From Acidobacteriota bacterium (GTDB lineage Bacteria; Acidobacteriota; UBA4820; DSQY01): DNA of 64,000 bases. A program made the translations under genes and the position numbers. Every line of letters begins with the position of its first letter. Position 1 is the stretch's first letter. Below, piece by piece: positions 9,538 through 18,000 of the stretch. The stretch is from positions 1,341 to 65,340 of the forward strand of contig JAJYCJ010000005.1 in the NCBI GenBank assembly GCA_021778515.1, written 5' to 3'. The notes below the pieces were generated by a model. That model was not told the origin of the DNA. It ran no database searches and saw nothing but the letters and a program-made list of their open reading frames with translations.

Positions 9538-10836
9538 ATGCGGGAAGCGGCTAGGATTGCTTTTGAAAATGGTGTGGTGGGCGCCGGAGGGGCCGGCTTT
9601 CCTACCCACGCCAAACTCTCGGCCTCCGCGGACACCTTCGCTGTCAACGCCGCCGAGTGCGAGCCCCTCCTCTACAAGGACCAGCAGATCCTCGAGCACT
9701 TCCTTCCGGAGTTCGCACAGGGGCTTCTCCTTTGCGGCGAGGCCGTGGGCGCGGGGCGTCTGATCGTGGGGATCAAGGACAAGCACCACGAACTCATCGA
9801 ACGGCTCCGCGACGAGCTTCCCCGCCAGGTGGAGGTGTGTCCCCTGCCCGACACCTACCCCTCCGGCGACGAGCACCTGCTGGTCTTCGACGCCACGGGC
9901 CGCGCCATTCCGAAGGGCGGAATTCCCCTGGACGTGGGCGTCGTCGTCAACAACGTCGAGACGGTCTTGAACGTGGGCCTGCAAAGACCGGTTACGCATA
10001 AATTCCTCACCGTTTCGGGGGAGGTGCCCGAGGCTCTCACCTTTCGGGTGCCCATCGGGGTGAGCCTCCGAGAGGTGCTGCACGCCGCCGGCGCCCCCAC
10101 GGGAGGGATGGGCTTCATCGTCAACGGCCCCATGATGGGAACGGTCACGGACGACCTCGAACAGCCGGTCACCAAGACCACCTCGGGAGTGCTGGTTCTT
10201 CCTTCGGACCACTCGCTCATCCTCCGGAAGGGCCGCAGGACACGGGATGTCCACAAGATCGCCTACACCTGCGACCAGTGCATGCGGTGCTCCGACCTGT
10301 GCCCGAGGGACCTCCTGGGCCACTTCGTCAAACCCCACAAGGCCATGATCTCCATCGGCTTCGCGGCGGAAGAAAAGATGGCCTGGCAGCAGACGGCCCT
10401 CTACTGCTGCGAATGCGCCCTCTGCACCCTCTACGCCTGCCCCGAGGACCTGGACCCCTTCCGCATGATGGTGGAGAGCAAGCGCGCCCTCATGGCCCAG
10501 GGGATCCGCCCTCTGAAGCAGGCGGTGGAACCCAGCCCCCTGTACGACTTCCGCCGCACGCCGACGAGCCTGCTCATCCGCCGGCTGGAGCTGGCGCCCT
10601 ATCAGCATCCCCAGAAGTATGTGGAGATGGACCTGCATCCGCGCCGCCTCGAACTGCCTCTCAAACAACACACCGGAGCCCCCTCCACTCCGTCGGTCGG
10701 GAAGGGACGATCGCTGCGCGGCGGGGACCTGGTGGCGGACGTCCCCGAGGGGAGCCTGGGCGCCAAGATCTTCTCTCCCCTCGCGGGCCGCGTGGGCGAG
10801 GTTTCAACGGACCGCATCGTCGTGGAGGTCGCATGA
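9538..10836 (+). CDS. pduS: PduS-like cobalamin reductase / RnfC-family Fe-S flavoprotein
   Basis: N-terminal ..ENGVVGAGGAGFPTHAKL.. motif. Two 4Fe-4S ferredoxin motifs (CDQCMRCSDLCP and CCECALCTLYACP). Immediately followed by, and overlapping ATGA with, a PduT-like BMC-T gene, which is the canonical pduS-pduT order. Confidence 0.7.
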   Translation: MREAARIAFENGVVGAGGAGFPTHAKLSASADTFAVNAAECEPLLYKDQQILEHFLPEFAQGLLLCGEAVGAGRLIVGIKDKHHELIERLRDELPRQVEVCPLPDTYPSGDEHLLVFDATGRAIPKGGIPLDVGVVVNNVETVLNVGLQRPVTHKFLTVSGEVPEALTFRVPIGVSLREVLHAAGAPTGGMGFIVNGPMMGTVTDDLEQPVTKTTSGVLVLPSDHSLILRKGRRTRDVHKIAYTCDQCMRCSDLCPRDLLGHFVKPHKAMISIGFAAEEKMAWQQTALYCCECALCTLYACPEDLDPFRMMVESKRALMAQGIRPLKQAVEPSPLYDFRRTPTSLLIRRLELAPYQHPQKYVEMDLHPRRLELPLKQHTGAPSTPSVGKGRSLRGGDLVADVPEGSLGAKIFSPLAGRVGEVSTDRIVVEVA

Positions 10837-11528
10837 GCCCCAAAATCCACCAAATCCGCGGGGCGGATCGTGGGCGCGGCCCCGCGCCGAAGAAGCCCAA
10901 GACGGACGCCGCTCCGATCCAGCCGCCGAAGGACAGCTACGGCGGCCAGAGGCGCGGGCCCGCCGTCAAAGACGCCATCGGCCTTCTGGAGCTGACTTCC
11001 ATCGCCAAGGGAATCGAGGCCACGGACCTGATGCTCAAGGCCTCCGACGTGGAACTCCTGGCCAGCCGGTCCATCTGCTCGGGCAAGTACATGGTTCTGG
11101 TGCGAGGCGACGTGGCCGCCTGCACCTCCTCCGTGGCCGCGGGCGAAGAGGTGGCTCGGGAGACCCTGGCCGACTCCGTCGTGATCCCGCACCTCCATCC
11201 CGAGATCTTTCCGGCCATCGCGCAGGCCTCGCTGGTGGAGGAGGTGGGGGCGCTGGGCATCCTCGAGTCCTTCAACGTGGCCAGCCTGATCGAGGGCGCC
11301 GACACCGCCGTGAAGTCCTCCGAGGTTCACCTCCTCGAGATCCGCCTCGCCATGGCCCTGGGGGGCAAGGCCTTCTGCGTGCTCACGGGACAGGTGGCCG
11401 CGGTGCGCTCGGCCGTGGAGGCCGGCAAGTCCGTGATCGGAGCCAAGGGCGCATTGACCAACTGGTCGGTCATCCCCTCCCCCGATCGCGCGCTCGTCAA
11501 GGAAATTCTGGGTGGCCGCCTGATCTAG
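10833..11528 (+). CDS. pduT: Bacterial microcompartment shell protein, tandem-BMC-domain (BMC-T), PduT-like
   Basis: Two PF00936-like domains (AIGLLELTSIAKGIEATDLMLKASDVELLASRSICSGKYMVLVRGDVAA.. and ..ALGILESFNVASLIEGADTAVKSSEVHLLEIR..GGKAFCVLTGQVAAVRSAVEAG) closely matching the PduT pattern. A ~45-aa basic low-complexity N-terminal extension is present. ATG at 10833 overlaps the pduS stop. Confidence 0.75.
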   Translation: MSPKIHQIRGADRGRGPAPKKPKTDAAPIQPPKDSYGGQRRGPAVKDAIGLLELTSIAKGIEATDLMLKASDVELLASRSICSGKYMVLVRGDVAACTSSVAAGEEVARETLADSVVIPHLHPEIFPAIAQASLVEEVGALGILESFNVASLIEGADTAVKSSEVHLLEIRLAMALGGKAFCVLTGQVAAVRSAVEAGKSVIGAKGALTNWSVIPSPDRALVKEILGGRLI

Positions 11529-11555
11529 GGCGGCCCAAGCCATGGGAGACACGAG

Positions 11556-12908
11556 ATGAGATCGAGCACCGTCCCGAACGGACCAACGGCCGGGGAAGGC
11601 CGGGCCTTTCCCCTCCTCCTCGTAGCTCTGGCTCTTTTCTCGACCTGCACCGCCGTTGCGGCCCAGACCCCTCCGCCCGCTCCTCCCGAGAAGCAGATCA
11701 CGGGGGTCATCACATCGAGCGGCTTCACCCAGCTCTCCATCGCGATTCCGCCGAGCAAGACGGAGGCCACCACGGCCGTCCAGGCCCAGGAGATCCTCTC
11801 CACGGTGACGGGCGATCTGGAGTTCTCGGGCTACTTCCAGCTCGTGGACCCATCCCTTTTCGCCGGGATGAATCCGAACGACACCAAGGTCGACTACGAT
11901 GCATGGACGGGGATGAAGGCGGACTATCTCCTCCTCACCAACGTCTATGCCTCCGGGAACCAGCTCACCCTCGAAGGCCGGCTCTATGACATCAAGCGCA
12001 AGGAGATGGTGACGGGCAAGCGCATCAAGGGCCCCGCCCAGGACGTGCGGGTCCTGGCCCACAACCTCTCTTCCGTGATCCTCGACTACCTCTTCGGCGC
12101 GGGGAGCTTCCCCACCAGCCAGATCCTCTTCACCTCGCACCTGGCCACCACGGAGGACATCTTTCTCTGCGATTACGACGGGAAGAACATCCTCCGCCTC
12201 ACGGCCATGGGCCAGCTCAACGTGACCCCCGACGTGAACCCCCAGGGCAACCTCATCGTCTTCACCTCCATCCTGAAAGACAGGCAGGAGATCTTCCTGC
12301 TGGATCGCCAGGGGCGGCGGAGGAAACTCTACGGGGACGGCGAGGGACTCAACTCCAACCCGCGATTCTCCCACGACGGCAAGACCGTGGCCTTCTGCTC
12401 CTCCCGGTCCGGGAACCCCGACATCTGGACCATCGGCGTGGATGGCAAGAACCTGACGCGGCTCACCTTCTCCTACGCCATCGACACCGCGCCCTGCTGG
12501 TCGCCCAACGACCAGCAGATAGCCTTCACCTCCGACCGCTCGGGCTCTCCCCAGATCTACATCATGGACAGGGACGGCGCCAACGTGAGGCGGTTGAGCC
12601 CACTGGACAGCGGGCGCTGCGATCAGCCCATCTGGTCCCCCCGCGGCGACAAAATTGCTTACAGCTCCTACAAGGACGGCCACTTCAACATCGCCGTGGC
12701 GGACCTGACCACCGGCGAGGTCACCTTTCTGACCCACGGGGAGGGAGACAACGAGGCGCCCTCCTGGTCGCCCGACGGGCGGTACCTGGCCTTCGCCAGC
12801 AACCGCTCCGGGAGCTATCAGATCTACATCATGCGTTGGGATGGGTCGGGAGTGACCCGGATCACGAACCAGCCGGACTGCTATTCGCCCTGCTGGTTCA
12901 AGGGCTGA
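11556..12908 (+). CDS. tolB: TolB-like periplasmic beta-propeller protein
   Basis: Signal peptide. Repeated ..SP.WSPDG..IAF.S.RSG...I... beta-propeller blades (..NPRFSHDGKTVAFCSSRSGNPDIWT.., ..APSWSPDGRYLAFASNRSGSYQIYIM..). No tolQRA or pal genes nearby. Confidence 0.75.
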   Translation: MRSSTVPNGPTAGEGRAFPLLLVALALFSTCTAVAAQTPPPAPPEKQITGVITSSGFTQLSIAIPPSKTEATTAVQAQEILSTVTGDLEFSGYFQLVDPSLFAGMNPNDTKVDYDAWTGMKADYLLLTNVYASGNQLTLEGRLYDIKRKEMVTGKRIKGPAQDVRVLAHNLSSVILDYLFGAGSFPTSQILFTSHLATTEDIFLCDYDGKNILRLTAMGQLNVTPDVNPQGNLIVFTSILKDRQEIFLLDRQGRRRKLYGDGEGLNSNPRFSHDGKTVAFCSSRSGNPDIWTIGVDGKNLTRLTFSYAIDTAPCWSPNDQQIAFTSDRSGSPQIYIMDRDGANVRRLSPLDSGRCDQPIWSPRGDKIAYSSYKDGHFNIAVADLTTGEVTFLTHGEGDNEAPSWSPDGRYLAFASNRSGSYQIYIMRWDGSGVTRITNQPDCYSPCWFKG

Positions 12909-13057
12909 GTAGGACCTGCGGGGGAGGAAATCATGCACTCGCGGGGGAATCGGCGGATCGGGGCTGGCAGGACGGCCCGCGGCCTCCGGGCCGAGCTGGC
13001 CGCGGCGGCTCTGGTCCCCGGGCGAACCCGTCCATCGGCCTCCTGGCCGGTACTGCG

Positions 13058-14746
13058 GTGATCGCCAGCCTACGCCTGAAGGATTACGCCCTGGTGGACG
13101 AGCTCGTGTTGGAGCCGGGGGGCAAGCTGTGCCTTCTCACCGGCGAGACGGGCGCGGGGAAATCCATACTGGTCGATGCCGTGGGACTGCTGGCCGGGAA
13201 CCGCGCCGAGACCGAGATGGTGAGGACCGGAACCGAGGAGGCCGTGATCGAAGGCTCCTTCCGGCCGTCCCTGAAAGCCGCCGACGTGGCCGCGCTCATG
13301 CGGGGCTGGGATCTGGCCTTCGAGGGCGAGCTGGTGATCCGGCGCCGGATCCAGCGCTCGGGAAGGAACACCGTGACCCTCAACGGCGCCGCCATCACGC
13401 TGGCCCAGCTTCGCGAACTGGGCGCCCTCCTCGTGGAGATCCACGGGCAGAACCAGAGCCAGACGCTCCTCGACGAGGAGACCCACCGCCGCATCCTCGA
13501 CGCGCTGCCCTCGGTGTCCCCGGCGGCCGACGCCCTTATCGCCGCATCGGCAGATCTAGCCCAGGCCCTGTCCCGCTGGCGGGCGCTCAGCCGCAGCGAG
13601 GCGGAGAGGGCCCAGCGGCTGGATCTCCTCCGCTTTCAGATGGAGGAGATCGACCGGGCGGCCCCGAGGGCGGGTGAAGAGGAGGAGCTGCTGGCCTCCA
13701 AGAGCCGGCTGCAGAACGTGGAGCGCATCGCGGAGGCGGCCGGTTCGCTTCACCAGATCCTTGCCGAAGGCGACCCCTGCGTGCGGATGCTCCTATCGGA
13801 TGCGACCCGATGGATCGAGGCGCTGAAGGAGGCCGATCCGGACTGGGGGGCCTACCTCGCCGACCTCCGCCAGGCGTCCGGCGTGCTCTCCAGCATCGCC
13901 TCGGAGGCGGAGCGCACGGCCTCCACCATCTCGTTCGATCCCGAAGCCCTGGAGAGAACCCTTCAGCGCCTCGCCGACCTGGACCGCCTCAAACGCAAGT
14001 ACGGCCCAACCCTCGATGACCTCCTCGCTCACCGGGCGGCCATAGGGGAGGAGGCGGCCCAGCTCTCCGGCGGCGAAGCCACCGCCGACGGGGCTCGCGG
14101 GCGGGTCGAGGCCACCTTCGGGCAGTACATGCGGCGCGCCCTGGAGCTCAGCTCCGCTCGAAAGGCCGCCGCCGTTGAGTTCGGGAACGCCGTCGAAGCG
14201 GAGCTCAAGCCCCTGGCCATGGAGCGGGCCCGCTTCCTGGTCGAACTGGTCCCGCATCCCGTGGGCCGCGCGGAGGAGGCCACGGAGGCGGGCCTGGAAG
14301 CGATCCAGTTCCTCTTTTCGAGCAACCCCGGCGTGCCCCCCAAGCCCCTGGCCAAGATCGCTTCGGGCGGAGAGCTGAGCCGGACGCTCCTCGCCCTCCT
14401 CACGGCCACGAGGCAATGGATGGGGACCGACACGATCATCTTCGACGAGGTCGATGCGGGCATCGGCGGGCGGCCCGCCGAACGGGTCGGCAGGCGGCTC
14501 CGCAGGCTGGCGGAACACCACCAGGTCCTCTGCATCACCCACCTGCCGCAGATCGCCGCGTTCGCGCACCAGCACATCACCATCGAGAAGGTTCAGACGT
14601 CCAGGCACACCACCGTCACCGCCAAGACCCTCGGACCCGAAGATCGCGAGAGGGAGTTGGCCAGGATGCTGGCCGGGGAAAGGATCCAGGAGACCGCGCT
14701 GGGCCACGCCAGAACCCTGCTCGCCTCGGCCTCGGACGCGGAGTAG
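13058..14746 (+). CDS. recN: DNA repair protein RecN
   Basis: GTG start giving (M)IASLRLKDYALVDELVLEPGGKLCLLTGETGAGKSILVDAVGLL.. Coiled-coil middle, and a C-terminal ABC signature region ..ASGGELSRTLLAL.. followed by ..IIFDEVDAGIGG.. Confidence 0.85.
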   Translation: MIASLRLKDYALVDELVLEPGGKLCLLTGETGAGKSILVDAVGLLAGNRAETEMVRTGTEEAVIEGSFRPSLKAADVAALMRGWDLAFEGELVIRRRIQRSGRNTVTLNGAAITLAQLRELGALLVEIHGQNQSQTLLDEETHRRILDALPSVSPAADALIAASADLAQALSRWRALSRSEAERAQRLDLLRFQMEEIDRAAPRAGEEEELLASKSRLQNVERIAEAAGSLHQILAEGDPCVRMLLSDATRWIEALKEADPDWGAYLADLRQASGVLSSIASEAERTASTISFDPEALERTLQRLADLDRLKRKYGPTLDDLLAHRAAIGEEAAQLSGGEATADGARGRVEATFGQYMRRALELSSARKAAAVEFGNAVEAELKPLAMERARFLVELVPHPVGRAEEATEAGLEAIQFLFSSNPGVPPKPLAKIASGGELSRTLLALLTATRQWMGTDTIIFDEVDAGIGGRPAERVGRRLRRLAEHHQVLCITHLPQIAAFAHQHITIEKVQTSRHTTVTAKTLGPEDRERELARMLAGERIQETALGHARTLLASASDAE

Positions 14747-15017
14747 ACGGCCATGAACTCCAGGAGGCAAAGAACGTGAGGGCCGTCACAAAAGCCGCTT
14801 CCAGCAAGCCTTTAGCCTTGCATCGCTGGAAACGCCGCAATACACTGTATTTGAATGTCATTTTTCCGCCACGAGAGGAGTCTGCTCGCAATTCCCCGGG
14901 AGGCGGCATGAGGAAGGCTCCATGGATCATAGACCATCCCCATCCACCCGCGACCCGGCCTTGCACCGTGGGCGGAGACCCGGACCGATGAGACGAGAGC
15001 CGGGCTCGGAGGGAATC

Positions 15018-18000
15018 ATGGAACACGTCAAAGGACGAGCTGGCACGCAGTTTCGGTGTCTGGTGCTGGCGTTGGGTTGCCTTCCCCTTCTGCATGCGTT
15101 ACCCGCGCGCGCTTCGGGGCCCACGCCCCTCTCCGGCGAGGCGGGTCCGCGGCTGGAGAAGGCCTACGGCGCCGTTTCGCTGCATTTCGAACCCAACCGG
15201 GGGCAGAGCGATCCCCGGGTCGAGTATCTCGCCCACGGACGCGGTTTCGGGCTCTACCTCAACAGGACGGGGGCGACCCTCGTCCTGAGCGCCCCGACAG
15301 GCGCCCAGGCGCGGGGCTCCCGGCGGACCCCCCTGGATTCCTGCCCTCAGGCCTGCTCCACGATCCGCCTGTCTCTGGAGGGCGGCAATGCGGCTCCCGC
15401 GCTGGTGGGCCTCGACCGCCTCGCCGGCACCTCCAGCTACTTCCTGGGGAATGACCCCTCTCGGTGGATCACGGCCATCCCCACCTTTGGGCGCGTCGCC
15501 TGCAAGCAGGTCTACCCGGGCGTGGACATGGTCTACTACGGAGACGGGAGGGCCCTGGAATACGACTTCCTGCTTGCCGCGGGGACGAATCCCCGAACGA
15601 TCAGGCTCCGGTACGAGGACGGGGCGGGGAAACCCGTCCCCTTGCAGATCGGTTCCAACGGCGATCTTCTCCTCCCGACTCCATTCGGCCGACTCGTCCA
15701 GCGCGCCCCCGCCGTCTTCCAGGTGCGGAACGGGGCGAAGATCGCGCTCTCTGGCCGCTACGAGATCCTGGGACCTGGGCGCGTGGGGCTCGCCGTGGCC
15801 GGTTACGACCCGGCTCTCCCGCTGACCATTGATCCGATTCTCAGCTACTCCACCTACCTCGGCGGCAGCGGCCTGGATCAGGGCCAGGGCATCGCCGTGG
15901 ACGCCAACGGGAACGCCTACGTGACCGGCTTCACCGAATCCGCAGACTTCCCGGTTTCGGCCGGAAAGGGGCCCTACGGGCAGAAGGACGCCTTCGTGAC
16001 GAAGCTCTCTCCCGACGGCAAGAGCCTCGTTTACTCGGTCTATTTCGGTGGAACCGGCGACGACATCGCCCGCGGCATCGCGGTGGACGCTCAAGGCGAC
16101 GCCTTCATCGTCGGAGGGACGACCTCCTTCGACCTCCCCGTTCTCAACGGCTTTCAATCCACCCACGGCGGCTCGCCCACGGCGCCCAACTCGGACGCCT
16201 TCATCGCCGAACTGGGCCCCGGCGGCACCTCGCTCGTCTACTCCTCCTATCTCGGTGGGAGCGGCAACGACGAAGCGACGGCCGTCGCCCTCGATGCGGC
16301 CGGCAATGCCTTCATCACCGGCGACACCTCCTCTGCCGACTTCCACTCGTCGGGCAACGCTTACCAGCCGGCCTACGGGGGAGGTTTTAGAGACTCCTTC
16401 CTGTGCGAGGTGGCCCCAGGAGGGAGCACGCTGCTCTACTCCACCTATCTGGGAGGAGATGCGGACGACTACGGAAACGGCGTCACCGTGGACGCGCTGG
16501 ATCACGTCTTTGTCACCGGCGGTACGTCCTCGGTCGCTTTCCCTATCTCCTCGAACGCCCTTCAACCTGCGCTGCGGGGCTCCACCAACGCCTTCGTGAG
16601 CGCCTTCGACTTCAGCGCTCCGGCCGGCACGACTCCGGGCCTGCTCTATTCCACCTACCTGGGGGGAAGCGGGAGCGATGCAGGCCAAGCCATCGCCTCC
16701 GATGCAAGCGGCGACGCCTATGTGACGGGCTACACGACCTCCACGGATTTTCCCGTCACCCAGGGTTCATTCCACGGCGGGGCGGACGCCTTCGTGGCCA
16801 AGCTCGATCCCACGGGGGGTTCCCTCCTCTTCTCCACCTATCTCGGCGGCTCCGCCTACGACGCCGGGTACGCCATCACCGTGGGGGGCGACGGCAGCGC
16901 CTACGTGACCGGCGTTACCTACTCCACGGACTTTCCGACCGCCTCCCCGGTCCAGGCGGCCAACGCAAGCGCTTCCACCAGCAACAGCGACGCCTTCGTG
17001 AGCAAGCTGTCGCCCTCGGGCTCGGCCCTCTCCTTCTCCACCTACCTGGGAGGCGGCGATAACGACCAGGGGCAGGCCATTGCCCTGGACTCGGCTGGCG
17101 GCGTCTATGTCGCTGGCACTACCTATTCCAGTAATTTTCCGGTGCAGAACCCGTTTCAAGGCAGCTATGGCGGTAACGGCGACGTCTTCATCTCCAAGAT
17201 CCTCCTGGCCGACTGCACCCTCACGTGCACCGCCGTGGCCTCCCCCAGCACCGGTGCGGCCCCCCTCTCCGTCGCCTTTTCGGCCACCGCCACGCCGAGC
17301 AACTGCGGAAGCGGCACGGCGGCCTACGACTGGGACTTCGGGGACGGCACGCCCCACTCGAGCGCGCAGAACACCAGCCACACCTACACCCAGCCGGGGA
17401 GCTACACCTGGACGCTGACCGTGAGCCTCGACGTCACCACGTGCACCCAGAGCGGCACCATCGTCGTCACCCCCGGCTGCACCGTGAGCTGCTCGGCCAA
17501 CGCCACCCCCACGGCGGGTCCGGCGCCGCTGGCGGTGGCGCTCACCGCCTCCGCCTCCTCCTCGGACTGCGGAACGGCGGCCACCTACCTGTGGAACTTC
17601 GGTGACGGCACGGCCTCTTCCACGGCCCAGAACCCGAGCCACACCTACCTCCAGCCGGGCACCTACACCTGGACCGTGACGGCCACCATCGGCGGCAGCA
17701 CGTGCACTCAGAGTGGCTCGGTGACGGCGCTGGCGACCCCGGGAAGCCTCTCGGGCATGGTGGCTATCTCCGCGGGAGACCAGTTCTTCTCCCTCGACGG
17801 GCCGGGCATCGTCTCGGGCAGCGTCACGGCGGTGGACTCCACGGGCAACGCGATTACGGCGCCTCTGTCGGGAGGTCACTTCTCCTTCACGGGGCTCGCC
17901 CAGGGGAGCTACCAGCTCACCGCCACGGTGACGTACGCGGACAACGTCCTCTTCGACGCCGATCTGCTGAGCTATGGCTGCACGGCGCCTTCGAACATGC

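Noticed and set aside
11556-12908. TolB as part of a Tol-Pal operon
   Set aside because: No tolQ, tolR, tolA, pal or cpoB nearby. The gene instead follows pduT and precedes recN, so it is treated as a TolB-like propeller protein of uncertain role.
10602-12938. 778-aa minus-strand ORF spanning pduT/tolB
   Set aside because: Low-complexity. The plus strand has BMC and TolB signatures.
12934-13062. 43-codon Arg-rich ORF with GGAGG RBS between tolB and recN
   Set aside because: Composition looks like intergenic GC-rich noise, and no conservation can be checked here.
14800-14860. Sigma54 promoter-like or LexA-box-like sequence (tggaaacgccgcaatacactgtatttgaatgtc) upstream of the giant gene
   Set aside because: The match to TGGCAC-N5-TTGC is poor, and CTGT-N8-ACAG is incomplete. 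Probably an AT-rich promoter region of unknown type.
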